A stretch of 64,000 bases of DNA from Eledone cirrhosa (taxonomy: Eukaryota): NCBI GenBank assembly GCA_964016885.1, contig OZ024754.1, positions 2,232,001-2,296,000 on the forward strand, given 5' to 3'. Positions 1 to 12,498 of the stretch are shown here, in pieces (positions within the stretch are counted from its first letter, which is position 1; the number at the start of each line of letters is the position of its first letter). The notes beneath the pieces were generated by a model that did not search any database, was not told the DNA's origin, and worked only from the letters and a program-made list of their open reading frames with translations. The translations under genes and the position numbers were made by a program.

Positions 1-59
<59 letters not shown>

Positions 60-121
60 TATATATATATATACTATATATATATGTGTGTATATGTATA
101 TATATATATACACACACATAC

Positions 122-157
<36 letters not shown>

Positions 158-490
158 GTATGTATATGTGTATATATATATATATATTGCTTTTTATATA
201 TATTTCATTTTTCATCTTTCGTTTCAAGACTTTTAATATTTTATATACTTTTGTTGTTTTTGATTTTTCCATTTTTCCATTTTGACATTTAAGATGGATG
301 GTGTCCCAGCATGCAGTGGGCGGAAAGAAAGATAAAGAAACAACGATTTATCTCCCTTATTTTCATATCTTGATATTAAATGGAGAAAAAAAAATGGAAA
401 TCTCGTTTTTTTAAATTATTTCATATCGTAATATTTTTTTTTTTTCTCTCTTTCAGTCAACTAAAGGAAATTTTAAACTATGAATATAGG

Positions 491-582
<92 letters not shown>

Positions 583-682
583 AACACACACACAAATTAT
601 ATATATATATACATATATATGATTATATATATTAAACATATATATACATTATATATATATGTATATATGATTATATATATTT

Positions 683-750
<68 letters not shown>

Positions 751-823
751 GTGTGTGTGTGTGTGTGCGTGGGTGTGTGTATATGTGCGTGTGTGTGATC
801 ATGAGTATTTGTGTGTTGGGTTC

Positions 824-862
<39 letters not shown>

Positions 863-934
863 GTGTGTGTGTGTGTGCGTGCGTGGGTGTGTGTATATGT
901 GCGTGTGTGTGATCATGAGTATTTGTGTGTTGGG

Positions 935-971
<37 letters not shown>

Positions 972-1089
972 TATATATATGTGAAAATTGATTTAATCAA
1001 TTTGTGACTTTCAGTAATATTTGGCTTGTAGAGTCTTAAGTGAATTTCTCCCTCTCAGTCGCTTTCTTTCTCTCTCTCTCTCCCTCTGA

Positions 1090-1177
<88 letters not shown>

Positions 1178-1604
1178 ATATATATATTTATAGATATGTA
1201 TATGTGTTTGTATATGTATGATTGTATATGTCCCTGTGTGTGCGTGCATGTAAATTGATTGTCTTCTATTCTCGTTCTCTCTTTTCTTTGTGTATTGATT
1301 GAGAATTACTAATGTTGTAGCTGCTTTTTGTTGCTGGCGGTAATATATTAATTCTTTCTACATTAAAATATAATTCGATATGGATTTAAGAAAGAAAAGA
1401 GTACATTGATTTATTTTTCTGAGACAAAATGTCCCCATTCTTCGTTTGGAAAATGATGATGTTGTGGCCTTATTATTTTCCCAACTGTATAGGAAGTACA
1501 TTGTATATGAAGAGACTGGTGGACTTTGAAAGAATTTTATTTGGAGTTTAAACAGTCAGGGATTACACGCACAAAAACTTACCCATATCTATATATATAT
1601 ATGG

Positions 1605-1640
<36 letters not shown>

Positions 1641-1813
1641 GTGCATATGTCCCAAGGCTCTGATACCATCAACACTATAAACACAGAGCTGGCATATCTA
1701 AGAACTGACTAACTACCTGGTGAGGTCATAGCCATTCAATGGCTATCATCGAAATGTATATAGCAGTAAATAAAGGATTATGAGTTCATGCAATTGACTT
1801 ATGTTTCGTCACT

Positions 1814-1875
<62 letters not shown>

Positions 1876-2318
1876 TTATGGTAAATCTTGATGCAATTCA
1901 ATTCAAGCAATCCACGAAGGAAGGACGGAGTATATTTAGAATAAGAAAATGGAAAATAGTTTCAGATGTTAAAATCCTTTATTGATAAGGCCATGATACA
2001 TATTTTAATGAGAACAGTGGCCACGCGATTCCGCGTACCATGTGCCCTGATCTCATCAGACAGCTTCTTACATAATAAGGTTACGTTCTCGAGTCAATCA
2101 AAATTGAAACAAGGGGACGGACAAAGATGATGTTCTTGAAAACTTCGCCCTCGTATTTTCTTATATATATGTGTGTATATATATATGAGTGTGTCTCTGT
2201 GCGTATATATGTATATATATATATATAACAGATTAAAGTTTAAGCAAAGAATTGGTGCTTTCACCCCTATATATATACATATACACATACATATAGGTGT
2301 GTTTCTGTGCGTATATGT

Positions 2319-2351
<33 letters not shown>

Positions 2352-2352
<1 letters not shown>

Positions 2353-2546
2353 CGGACCGAGGAAACAAGGTTTCCGCTGGTCTTTCCAGTTGTTAGTGCT
2401 ATCTATCGCTTGCAACTCCAGGTAGAAGGAGCAACGTGAAATAAAGTGTCTTGCTCAAGGACATAACGCATCGCCCGGTCCAGGAATCGAACTCACAGCC
2501 TCAAGATTGTGAATCTAATTCCCTAACCACTCAGCCACACGCCTTC
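2352..2546 (-). mobile_element. tRNA-derived SINE with CORE-like domain
   Basis: On the minus strand the head is GGCGTGTGGCTGAGTGGTTAGG (A box) followed by GAGTTCGATTCC (B box). The plus strand has AAGTGTCTTGCTCAAGGACA, which resembles the CORE domain. A second copy lies at 60576-60755. Confidence 0.8.
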
Positions 2547-2562
2547 ATATATATATTCATTA

Positions 2563-2628
2563 TAAAATAAAATACCAGTAATGTACTGTGTAATTTGCTG
2601 GCCTTGTGCCAAAAGTAGAAACAATTAT
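2563..2628 (+). mobile_element. 3' fragment of Meta-domain-like SINE
   Basis: TAAAATAAAATACCAGTAATGTACTG...GCTGGCCTTGTGCCAAAAGTAGAAACAATT matches the 3' end of the copy at 7352-7529. Confidence 0.7.
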
Positions 2629-3517
2629 ATTAAGGCTAAATAGTGGGTCTTGTTGCTTTGGAATGTCACCTGTCTATCACAAGGTCAGCAGACAAGAACT
2701 AACTTTTCAATAGCAAACATAATATAAAGAAGACTTGAGGTATGTGAGGGGGTTATTGAATATGGGGGTAATTAAGATAGAACGAACAGGGAGGTAATTG
2801 TGGTGGTGGTGACAGTGATAGGCGGTGGGGTTATGTGAAAGGAAGGGATAAAGGGGGGGAAATGGGTATAGTTATGGAACTTCAACCTCCTTTACACAAT
2901 TTCGGATTCCATACAATAAAATATTTCACTGGTCTCTTTATGGACATGCGCAGAATTCCGTCAATATTGATAATACACCAAGATAGAACCACCCGGTTCT
3001 TACAATCACCATCAGTAATTCCTCTAACTACTGCTTGGTTCTTAAGAACATTTTTCGGACTCGTTTCTACACAAATTGTGCCAAAATTGAAGGAAAAACT
3101 AAAGATATGTTTAGGCACTAACATTCGTCGCATCCAACTGGTGGATATTGAATTAGTCTAAATAACATTAAAAGAAAAAAAAAATCGTTCCCTTCTTCGA
3201 ATTTAAACTCACAAGTTTAAAGAGAGAAAAATATTTTCTATTTCTATTCCAAATATTTATTAATATTTCTCAGCCAAATAATTGCAAGAATTAGTTAGAA
3301 TTAAGCAAATATCCTGCCAAAAAAATCACAAACAAAAATCAAATACATTGCTCGTTGTAGGAGATGCAGAAGAAGGAACAGAAATACAAATAATTGTACC
3401 CGATTACCCGATATATATGTATATATATATATATATATATATGTGTATGTATGTATGTATATGTATGTATATATATATGTGTATGTATGTATGTATATGT
3501 ATGTATATGTATATGTT

Positions 3518-3562
<45 letters not shown>

Positions 3563-4135
3563 GTACACAGAGACACATACATACACATATCTCTCTCTCT
3601 CTATATATATATAGAGAGAGAGATATGTGTATGTATGTGTCTGTGTGTACATATATATACATATGTGTGTGTCTGTGTGTCTGTATGTGTGTGTCTGTGT
3701 CTCTATGCGAATGTGTGGGGGGTGGGTGGGTGTGTGTGTGTGAGAGTGTGCATATTGCCCTAGAGTATTAATGTACATACGACGAGACATTGGCAAGGTT
3801 TGAAATTAAATACCGAAACGTATAATCCACAAAAGTAACATTTTATCGTGTGTATGTGTGTGTGTGTATGTGTATGTGTGTATGTGTGTGTGTGTGTGTG
3901 TGACAGAGGGAGAGAGAGAGAGAAGAATTCTGGGGAGTATTCATGCGTGCTTGCGCAGATATGTTGCGTGTATTAATCACTTTTAATGGTGCTACAAACC
4001 TTTTTTACACACACACAGACACACACGCGCACTGACACACACGCGCACTGACACACACGCGCACTGACACACACACACACACACACACAGACATGTGTGT
4101 ATATATATATATATATATATGTACACATATATATA

Positions 4136-4189
<54 letters not shown>

Positions 4190-6875
4190 AATATATACAC
4201 GTGTGTGTGTTTATATAAATATGCATATATATGCTTGTCTCTTTATATTGGTTTGCACGTGTATATATATTCTTAGTTATACCATATATGTTATATGCAC
4301 GTGTAAATATAGATATTTACAAGGATCTCTATATATATATATATATATATAAATGTCCATTTATGTCTTTTCGTGTTTATCCTGCTTTCTATTATTCCTT
4401 ATTGAATCAGCTCTTTATTACAGTAATATAAATATTGTTTCGGTAGAAATATATTTATTTAATTTACTTAAGCGAACCTCTCAGGAAAACCTAGAGCTTT
4501 ATATTTCATTCAGTTTAGTAAAAACACATTTATCTGATTAATTTAATAATTCATTGTAATAAAAATGGATGTTTATCAGTTTATTTCTCATGAAGACATG
4601 AAGACATATTGAATTGGGTGGGGTGGGTTGTAAGAGATGTTAGAATGATGGTGAGGTCTTTCGGTTTCTTTTTACTCAACTAGAAGCAATGTTTTACTCA
4701 TCGACATCATTTTAAACCTTGTAGAGACATCAACCTCTACTACTACTACTACTACTGCTGGTGGTGGTGGTGGTGGTGGTGCTACTACTACTACTACTAC
4801 TACTACTGCTACTACTGCTACTGCTACTTCTGCTGCTGGTGGTGGTGGTGGTGGTGCTGCTACTACTACTACTACTACTACTACTGCTGCTGCTACTTCT
4901 GCTGCTGATGCTGCTGCTGCTGCTACTACAACGTAAGCTTAATTAGAGCATTACTATAATTAGAGCATTACTGATACTTAGTTTAACATTACTAGTGGCA
5001 TTTGTGTTTAGATACAATAGAGAAGTTACTAACATCCGCAAGGTATTTTAGTCTGGCACTTTACCAATGCGTTCTTTGCTAGAACATTCGTAATATCCAC
5101 GACAGTAGAAGTGGCATGTTACAGCACACACGATATCGTTAGTGATTAAATGGCTGTGTGTCAGTACTGAACCGTGTTAAGATGAACTGGAAACAACAGA
5201 GGCTGATGTATTAAATACACTTTCATCATTAAAGACAACGACTGGAAATATTCATTAAAATCTTCTGAGAGCATTCTAATGAGCGAAGCTCACAAATGTC
5301 CATAATTTACTGTGGCATCTCTACTTGACACCGCTGTCGTAGTAGATCTACTAATTAAGAACTCATTTTAAACCTGAGGTCAAATTTTCCATTAACCCAG
5401 CAATGACTCTCCATAGCAGTTAATGTATTTGCTTTGCTAGCTAATCGATTGCATTCTTAATTTCAAAGAGGTGCTTCTTCAATATTTATCTAACAGAATA
5501 AACGCTACTTTTCACGTAATTCTATCCATTCTATCCTGACGATTTGTATTACAAGCAAGCGAATGTATTTCAGTGTCCGGCTTAAATAGAGAGACGCGGA
5601 AATACTATTTTTAGTATCGTTGGAAAATTGAGCAAATAGAATTGTTTTAAAACAGAACTAAATTAAATGAGATGTTAAGCATCTAGTTACCCTCTGGTCT
5701 TAGAATTAATTTTCAGAGAATTAATGATGATTAAAATCTTGTTTTAATGCATGGTCAATAAGGAAGTTAAGTTTCTTATAAACCCTCGTTTGAAATCTAT
5801 AACTGAAATATAATTTCGAAGGCTATAAAAAGAAATTTCTATTCACCAGTTTATTAGTTTTCCCGGCGGGCGTATTCAAATTAATAGTATACATCATGTT
5901 CCTCAAATTTATTTAATTTTCGACAATATATAAATTATTATGACACATTGGGGATTTAAACTTAAATCTGTGTAAATATCAAAATACTGTAATGTCTTTA
6001 ATACGATGAATATCTTGTTGCTACTGTAATGCCATCAACATTTTTTAAAAAATACTTGTCAAATAAAATATAAACTCCCCATTGAGCCGAGATATACCTT
6101 AAACATATCATTGATTGTTTTCGATACATTTTACACAAGAAATTCCCTTGTGAAATGTTGTATCGTCACATTCTCCGTTTTGTTAACCCTAAACTAAATC
6201 TTCATTTCAAAGCAAAATATGGTGTTATGCTGGATATTATTAGTTACATTCTAAGTAACTAAAACCCTGGATACTGTTTTGGTTTACTCAAATGGGACTT
6301 GATTACCATTTGGAAATGAAATTTAATGGCAGTTAATCAAAACATAATATCATATACGTATATTTTTGTATTGGTTTTTATTGCTGGAAAATTATTTCTT
6401 TAGAAGTATATCTAGGTTCTGGGATGTTTGATTAAACAAATTGGTTCAAACCCAAAAGTTTCCAGTTAGCGAATCCCTGCGCAGCGGTTTTAATAAATCT
6501 AAACTACATTAAACTTAGGTGGATCTAAGCACTGTGAGTCACTTTGTTCAATCATAAAACTAAGTCACAAATATAGTAGTCACTCTCTCTCTTGCACTTT
6601 TACAAGGAATTAAGAGCAGTTCTAGCAACATTTTCTCAAAATGCTACAAGACACTTAAAGAAAGCACAGAAATGATTGGACATATGTAAAGTTTGAGAGG
6701 TTGCAAGAAATAGTGTTGTTAAAAATATATAATTTCTAATAAATTCAACTTAAGAAGGTTTATTTTATGTGAGAATAAGAGGATATTGAGCAAGAAAGTA
6801 GAGCAAAAGACCCTAACACAGACGGCGAGAAATGAGTCTTTAAAAGATTTTCAGTCGTAAGAAGTTGAATACAAA

Positions 6876-7064
6876 TAATTGTTTCTACTTTAGGCACAAG
6901 GCCAGCAATTACCCAGTACATTACTGGTACTTTATTTTATCGACCTCGTAAGGATGAAAGGCAAAGTTAACCTTGGCGGGATTTGAACTCAGATCGTAAA
7001 GGGACGTAACTCTATGCTGGAAAGCATGCCCAACCCTCTACCAACTCTGCCAAGTCACCGCCCT
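6876..7064 (-). mobile_element. tRNA-derived SINE with Meta-like central domain
   Basis: The minus strand carries TGGCAGAGTTGGTAGAG (A box), GAGTTCAAATCCC (B box) and GCCTTTCATCCTTACGAGGTCGATAAAATAAAGTACCAG. It is flanked by the direct repeat AGTTGAATACAAATAAT. Confidence 0.85.
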
Positions 7065-7077
7065 TAGTTGAATACAA

Positions 7078-7281
7078 ATAATGGTTTCTGATATAGGTAC
7101 AAGGCCAGCAATTTTGGAGGAGAGGCAGAGTCGATTAAATCGACTCCAGTACATTACTGGTACTTTATTTTATCGACCCCGTAAGGATGAAAAGCAAAGT
7201 TGATCTCGGTGGGATTTGAACTCAGATCATAAAGGGCCGTAGCTCTATGCTATAAAGCATGGTGTCCGACTCTCCACCGCC
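7078..7281 (-). mobile_element. Second tandem copy of the Meta-like SINE
   Basis: Same B box and central domain as 6876-7064, with an internal deletion in the head. Confidence 0.85.
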
Positions 7282-7351
7282 ATTGAATACAACTAATGAA
7301 AATGTGTAAATATTATGTGTTGTATCGTGAGAATTATATATAAAGCAATTA

Positions 7352-7529
7352 TGGCAGAATCGGTAGAGAGTCGGACGCCATGCTTTCCAGCATAGTTACG
7401 TCCCTTTACGGTCTGAGTTCAAATCCCGCCGAGGTTTACTTTGCCTTTCATCCTTACGGGGTCGATAAAATAAACTACCAGTAATGCACTGGGTAATTGC
7501 TGGCCTTGTGCCTAAAGTAGAAACAATTA
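7352..7529 (+). mobile_element. Meta-like SINE, inverted relative to its two neighbours
   Basis: TGGCAGAATCGGTAGAG A box, GAGTTCAAATCCC B box, central GCCTTTCATCCTTACGGGGTCGATAAAATAAACTACCAG and a 3' end GTAGAAACAATTA. Confidence 0.85.
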
Positions 7530-7969
7530 CTTTATTAACACATTCGTAATACATCTGTTGTGACTGTTGATTCTAGTAATCGTTATTTTCCATTTTCAAA
7601 ACAATCGTCGAAATTACGCAGTAAAATAAAATAAAAGGTGAAATAGTATTTTATTTTGTAATTGTTTAAACAAATTACTCAAACCAGGAAAACAATACAA
7701 TTATATATGATTATATTTTATATATAACATATATTCTATTGGTTAAGTAATTATGAAATTTCTATTGAAATTTTGAGGTATGTGAAATAGTTTATAGTGT
7801 TAGATAGTCTAGTACACGTTGATAAGTGTTGAGTTTTAGAGATTAAAATTAACAAAGACTATTCTAGTAAATCAAAGTTTTCATCACTTGGTACGCAATA
7901 GATATGTCCTTCCACATACTAGACATAACCTCTTTCAGTTGTGTGTGTGTGTATGTTTATGTATGTACG

Positions 7970-8166
7970 CAGACCTACCAATATCTCAAAAACCGAATGG
8001 GGAGTGCCGTGAAAAAGGGTGCTCCAAAACGGGGAAATATGAAGCAAAATGGGGAGATTTGACATAATGAAAGCTGTATCAATTTTCACAAGAGAAGACA
8101 TCTCTCACCCACACCAAATAGGGTGGGAGATCTCTCCCAGTCAGACAGGGAGAGTTGACAGGTCTG
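7970..8166. mobile_element. MITE with short terminal inverted repeats
   Basis: Ends CAGACCTACCAA and TTGACAGGTCTG are complementary at 10 of 12 positions. Two subterminal hairpins lie near the right end. No clear TSD. Confidence 0.55.
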
Positions 8167-8169
8167 ATG

Positions 8170-8201
<32 letters not shown>

Positions 8202-8335
8202 ATCTGTATCACTCACTCACTCTCTCTCTCTCACTCTCTCCCTCCCTCTCTCTCTCTCTATATATATATATATGTGTGTATGTGCTAATTTGTTCTCGAA
8301 AACAATATAATATATACATATATGTATACATATAC

Positions 8336-8367
<32 letters not shown>

Positions 8368-8406
8368 ATATATATATATATACACACACACATATATATA
8401 GATAGA

Positions 8407-8475
<69 letters not shown>

Positions 8476-8502
8476 ATATATATATGTGTGTGTGTGTGTA
8501 TG

Positions 8503-8533
<31 letters not shown>

Positions 8534-8653
8534 CCGTGTGGTTTTGTTTATGTTTGAGTATCTATTTGTGTACAAATCAACTGGAGCGGAATAAACGGTT
8601 GTATTTCTTTCTCAAGATATATATTTGAATTTCAAGTTCACTGCATATGCTTG

Positions 8654-8713
<60 letters not shown>

Positions 8714-8998
8714 TCAAGAACAACAATATTGATGAATATTTCTTATATTTGCAATAGGAAAAGAAGTATAAAACGCCATATTTGTCGCTATTTCCTCTGA
8801 GTAGCTAGAAGGTGTAATTTACAATTCGAGGTATTAGAATGCCAAACGATATTTAATAACATTGTAAAATGATATATATTAAACATTTTACTATTTTCTA
8901 AACATGTAAACATCATCGAAGCAATTTAAATCATCTTTCTTTATTGTCTCTATATGTATGTATACATAAAATATAGATATGAAATATATGTTTATTTA

Positions 8999-9083
<85 letters not shown>

Positions 9084-9087
<4 letters not shown>

Positions 9088-9260
9088 GAAGGAAATGTGG
9101 TAAGGAACCAGGTGGACCATAACGCACCAAAGTATTCAATACTTAGGGTAGTAGAGTGGGTAATAAGAACGAGTAGGACCCCGACGGCTGAGATCAAGCC
9201 GTTTCGACGGCTAATTCTGGACTAAAATTTAGTCCAGAATTTAGTCCTACTCGTTCCTAT
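9084..9260. mobile_element. Family A fold-back element in (TA)n
   Basis: Long arm AACGAAGGAAATGTGGTAAGGAACC...GTTTCGACGGCTAATTCTGGACTAAA, a fold-back, then a deleted short arm ending TCGTTCCTAT. Confidence 0.85.
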
Positions 9261-10050
9261 ATAAGAAATTTATATATATATATATATATATAGGTATATA
9301 AGTGTGTGTGTCTGTGTGTCTGTGTGTATTATAAATATGACTGTGTTAAAATGTGATCGTTTATATTAATGATTTTTTAAAAATTTCTTATGATTTAAAA
9401 AGAATATTTTGTAGGAAGAGTAACGTTCCTAAATCCATAATTCTATTAAAGTTTCCAGACTTTCACAGCCTATCTATAGAAACAGTATCTATAGAAACAG
9501 TGTAGAAATATTAGTAAACTTCTCAATGCTGAAATTCACTATAAAATATACCCATTTATCCACTCAAATATCTATTCTTCTATCTATATTTTTTCTATCT
9601 ATTGATTCTCCTATTTTCTATTTTATATCTATTTATTTTCAATTTATTTTTCAATATGTCTTTATATATATTTATTTTTTTCTATATAACTATTTTTTCT
9701 ATATACATATAATAGTAAATATTATATTATATTATATTCGAATTCTAACAATAATTAGTAAATATACGTAACATTAATACAAACTTAAGACTTATTTACG
9801 TTACATGAGTTCAACCTCTGATAAATTTCTTTCTTCTTTCTATCTCTCTATCTATCTCTATCTCATAACAGTATTTTTCCCCAGCGTAATTTAAATAAAC
9901 GGTTGTTTTTTCAACTTTTCATACATTCATTTGCATATTCACACATAACTTTGATTTGATTTACCCCGAATAAGTTTCCACTATTCAGAGAATTTCCGAC
10001 CGTTAAGGTTGATTTCCATGGGTATGTCGTTATTTATAAAACAAATGTTG

Positions 10051-10115
10051 TATTTTATCTGATGAAAGTGCACCAAGATTGGCTTGGTTGCCCTTGAAAT
10101 ATATATAATAAAATA
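10051..10115 (+). ncRNA. Type I hammerhead ribozyme (PLE-type, family C)
   Basis: Helix I TATTTTAT/ATAAAATA (8 bp), core CTGATGA at 10059-10065, helix II AAG.GC.ACCAAG/CTTGGT.GC.CTT, GAAA at 10096 and a short self-complementary helix III ATATATAT. Predicted cleavage is after A10107. Confidence 0.75.
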
Positions 10116-10225
10116 AATATGGTTTTATAAATATAGTTTCCATTTATTAATATCTTGGTATATATATATATATGCGTGTGTGTATGTGTGTGTGTATATA
10201 TATATATATATAATTAAAATAGAAA

Positions 10226-10279
10226 TGGCTTCTACAGGACTAGAACAGTTTCATTGAAAGGAAATCATCAGGAAAGCCC
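10226..10279 (-). ncRNA. Degenerate hammerhead fold (family D)
   Basis: The minus strand reads GGCTTTC-CTGATGA-tttcctttcaat-GAAAC-tgttctagtcct-GTA-GAAGCC. Core and helix I are present; helices II and III are weak. Related pieces lie at 39855-39900 and 39992-40032. Confidence 0.5.
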
Positions 10280-10352
10280 TATTTATATAAATCCTGCTAT
10301 GTATTGAGTACCTTACTTATTGTGGTTACCTCCGATTGAACCCGGGATACAA

Positions 10353-10426
<74 letters not shown>

Positions 10427-10430
<4 letters not shown>

Positions 10431-10653
10431 GTATTTAAGAAAGCCACAACAATGCAAAGGGAAATCTCGAGGTAGGAAGTGAAATATAGATAGGAAAAAC
10501 AGGTGAAAGTGAAAGTTGAGAGAGACAAAGATGAAAACAAAACAAAGGTAGAAGTCTCTCTCAACTTTCACTTTCACCTGTTTTTCCTATCTATATTTCA
10601 CTTCCTACCTCGAGATTTCCCTTTGCATTGTTGTGGCTTTCTTAAATACGTAT
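10427..10653. repeat. Perfect long palindrome (100 bp arms, 27 nt loop) next to (TA)n
   Basis: 10427-10526 is the exact reverse complement of 10554-10653 by eye. Confidence 0.95.
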
Positions 10654-10693
10654 TTTTACACATTTCACAATGCTTCAAGCAAACTTTAACACC

Positions 10694-10742
<49 letters not shown>

Positions 10743-11886
10743 TAGTGTATATTTAAAATAGTCATCTATTTTTTTACCTAAGAATATATATATATATATA
10801 TGTGTGTGTGTGTACTTATTGGTTTACGAATTTATCTATATATGTATGGATGTATACATATATACAAGTATATATGATTCTTTCTCTACATATTTCTATG
10901 TAACTATCCTCCAGTGACCGACAACATTTCCTAATGAATATCTTTCCTCACGACTGTCATGATATACACACAAACATTTTCCTATCTAATCTCCCCTATA
11001 GAGACAAGACAAGCTTTCTAAGATTTAAATAATTCCAATAGTTGAATAGTAATTAAATCCCCCAGGTAATTATGGGATGATATGCTCTAACAGAAATCGA
11101 TGTTTAAAATGATATTTATTGAAAATGTTACGAATGTTATGATCTCGATGGCATATTCTTTATTTGACTTCTACAGAAATTTGACTTTCTTTAAACCATT
11201 ATATTTCTCTTCCATCAATTATGTCAAAAATTTTGTTATTGTCCATCTATAGATCCCTTCTAACAATGAAAGATGTACGTCTCTTTAACACATTGTTATA
11301 ATCTTCACAATAGTATTTTTGGTATTATATAGGTAACACTAATTTAGATATTTTAAAGCAAACCTCTACGTATCTGAAACAACTTCCTGTTCGGGATGAA
11401 ACCATGAAAGAAATTAAGTTAGTTTAAAATGCCGTCTTCAATTTGACAACGATTTTGCGATCTTTGTAAGTGTGTTCTAGGGACTCCGTTATGAGTTATC
11501 TATGGAGCGACGAGAGAATCACGTATCTAATTGATTTTGTTTCTCCTCAACATATGTTAAGCATCATTCTAGTTGCTACCATCATGTACCTTAAAGTTCA
11601 ATCTCATTTTATGAAAGGAAGACGATTCAGCAACTACTTCTAGCAGATATAAAGACCACCAAAAATATCCAAATATTTGTTTGCGTTCAATTTAAAATAA
11701 TGTCAAGAATACAAGAATGAATCATCAGCTTCAAACGAATGAATAAAATCTAGTACTTTCTTTTTAGTTTATTCATCTACCTTCATGATTATTCATGAGT
11801 AGGGTTGTTCAGATATTGAGAAGCGAGAAGCGTGTGAGAGAACCTCAGTAGCTTTGGATAATCTACGTATTTGGGGTTAAGAATAA

Positions 11887-11929
<43 letters not shown>

Positions 11930-11967
11930 ATATTAACAAATGGAAACTATATTTATAAAACCATATT

Positions 11968-12033
11968 TATTTCATTATACATATTTCAAGGGCCACCAAG
12001 GTAAACTATGGTGCGCTTTCATCAGATAAAATA
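11968..12033 (-). ncRNA. Type I hammerhead ribozyme (family C, left arm)
   Basis: Reverse complement of the HHR at 12150-12215. Confidence 0.7.
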
Positions 12034-12149
12034 TAATAGAGGTTAGTTTTATAAATAAATATTGACATACCCTTAAAAAATTCTGCAGAATGGTTGCATT
12101 TTTTATATTTTTAATATTCAATATTTATTTATAAAACTAACCTATATTA

Positions 12150-12215
12150 TATTTTATCTGATGAAAGCGCACCATAGTTTACCTTGGTGGCCCTTGAAAT
12201 ATGTATAATGAAATA
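12150..12215 (+). ncRNA. Type I hammerhead ribozyme (family C, right arm)
   Basis: Helix I TATTTTAT/ATGAAATA, CTGATGA at 12158-12164, helix II AAG.GC.ACCA/TGGT.GC.CTT, GAAA at 12196 and helix III ATAtgTAT. Predicted cleavage is after A12207; AATAAA follows immediately. Confidence 0.7.
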
Positions 12216-12348
12216 AATAGGGTTTTATAAATATAGTTTCCATTTGTTAATATATTGTATATTTACTCCAATAATTTGTTGAGTGCTTTATATCAGTTAT
12301 AAAAATATTTTGCTTGTTGTATCTCAACAAATTAAATATAACCTCTAC

Positions 12349-12386
<38 letters not shown>

Positions 12387-12460
12387 AGTTCAAGGAAATA
12401 ATCAGATCCGAGGTACAAAAAGTCTTAGTTGCATTTTTTATATGGAAAAGGGGAAAGAAA

Positions 12461-12498
12461 GTTCGACGTGTCGGACCTTATCCCTTCTTCAGGTATAC
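12461..12498 (-). ncRNA. Mutated minimal hammerhead of a PLE-like terminus
   Basis: The minus strand reads CTGAAGA-aggg-ataaggt-cc-GACACGTCG. The canonical PLE motif ends GAAACGTCG, so one core base has changed. Confidence 0.5.

Larger units (their letters stand above)
11921..12262. mobile_element. Family C fold-back element (about 145 bp arms, about 52 nt spacer)
   Basis: 11921-12065 is nearly the reverse complement of 12118-12262. The arms are homologous to 10030-10155 and the left end abuts (TA)n. Confidence 0.9.

Noticed and set aside
2835-3161. 108 aa ORF with faint similarity to the mariner SPDLNPLDY region
   Set aside because: The similarity is too weak to call by eye; at best a very decayed transposase. 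An HMM search is needed.
2352-7529. A and B boxes as tRNA genes
   Set aside because: They belong to SINE heads, are followed by SINE bodies, and form no complete cloverleaf.
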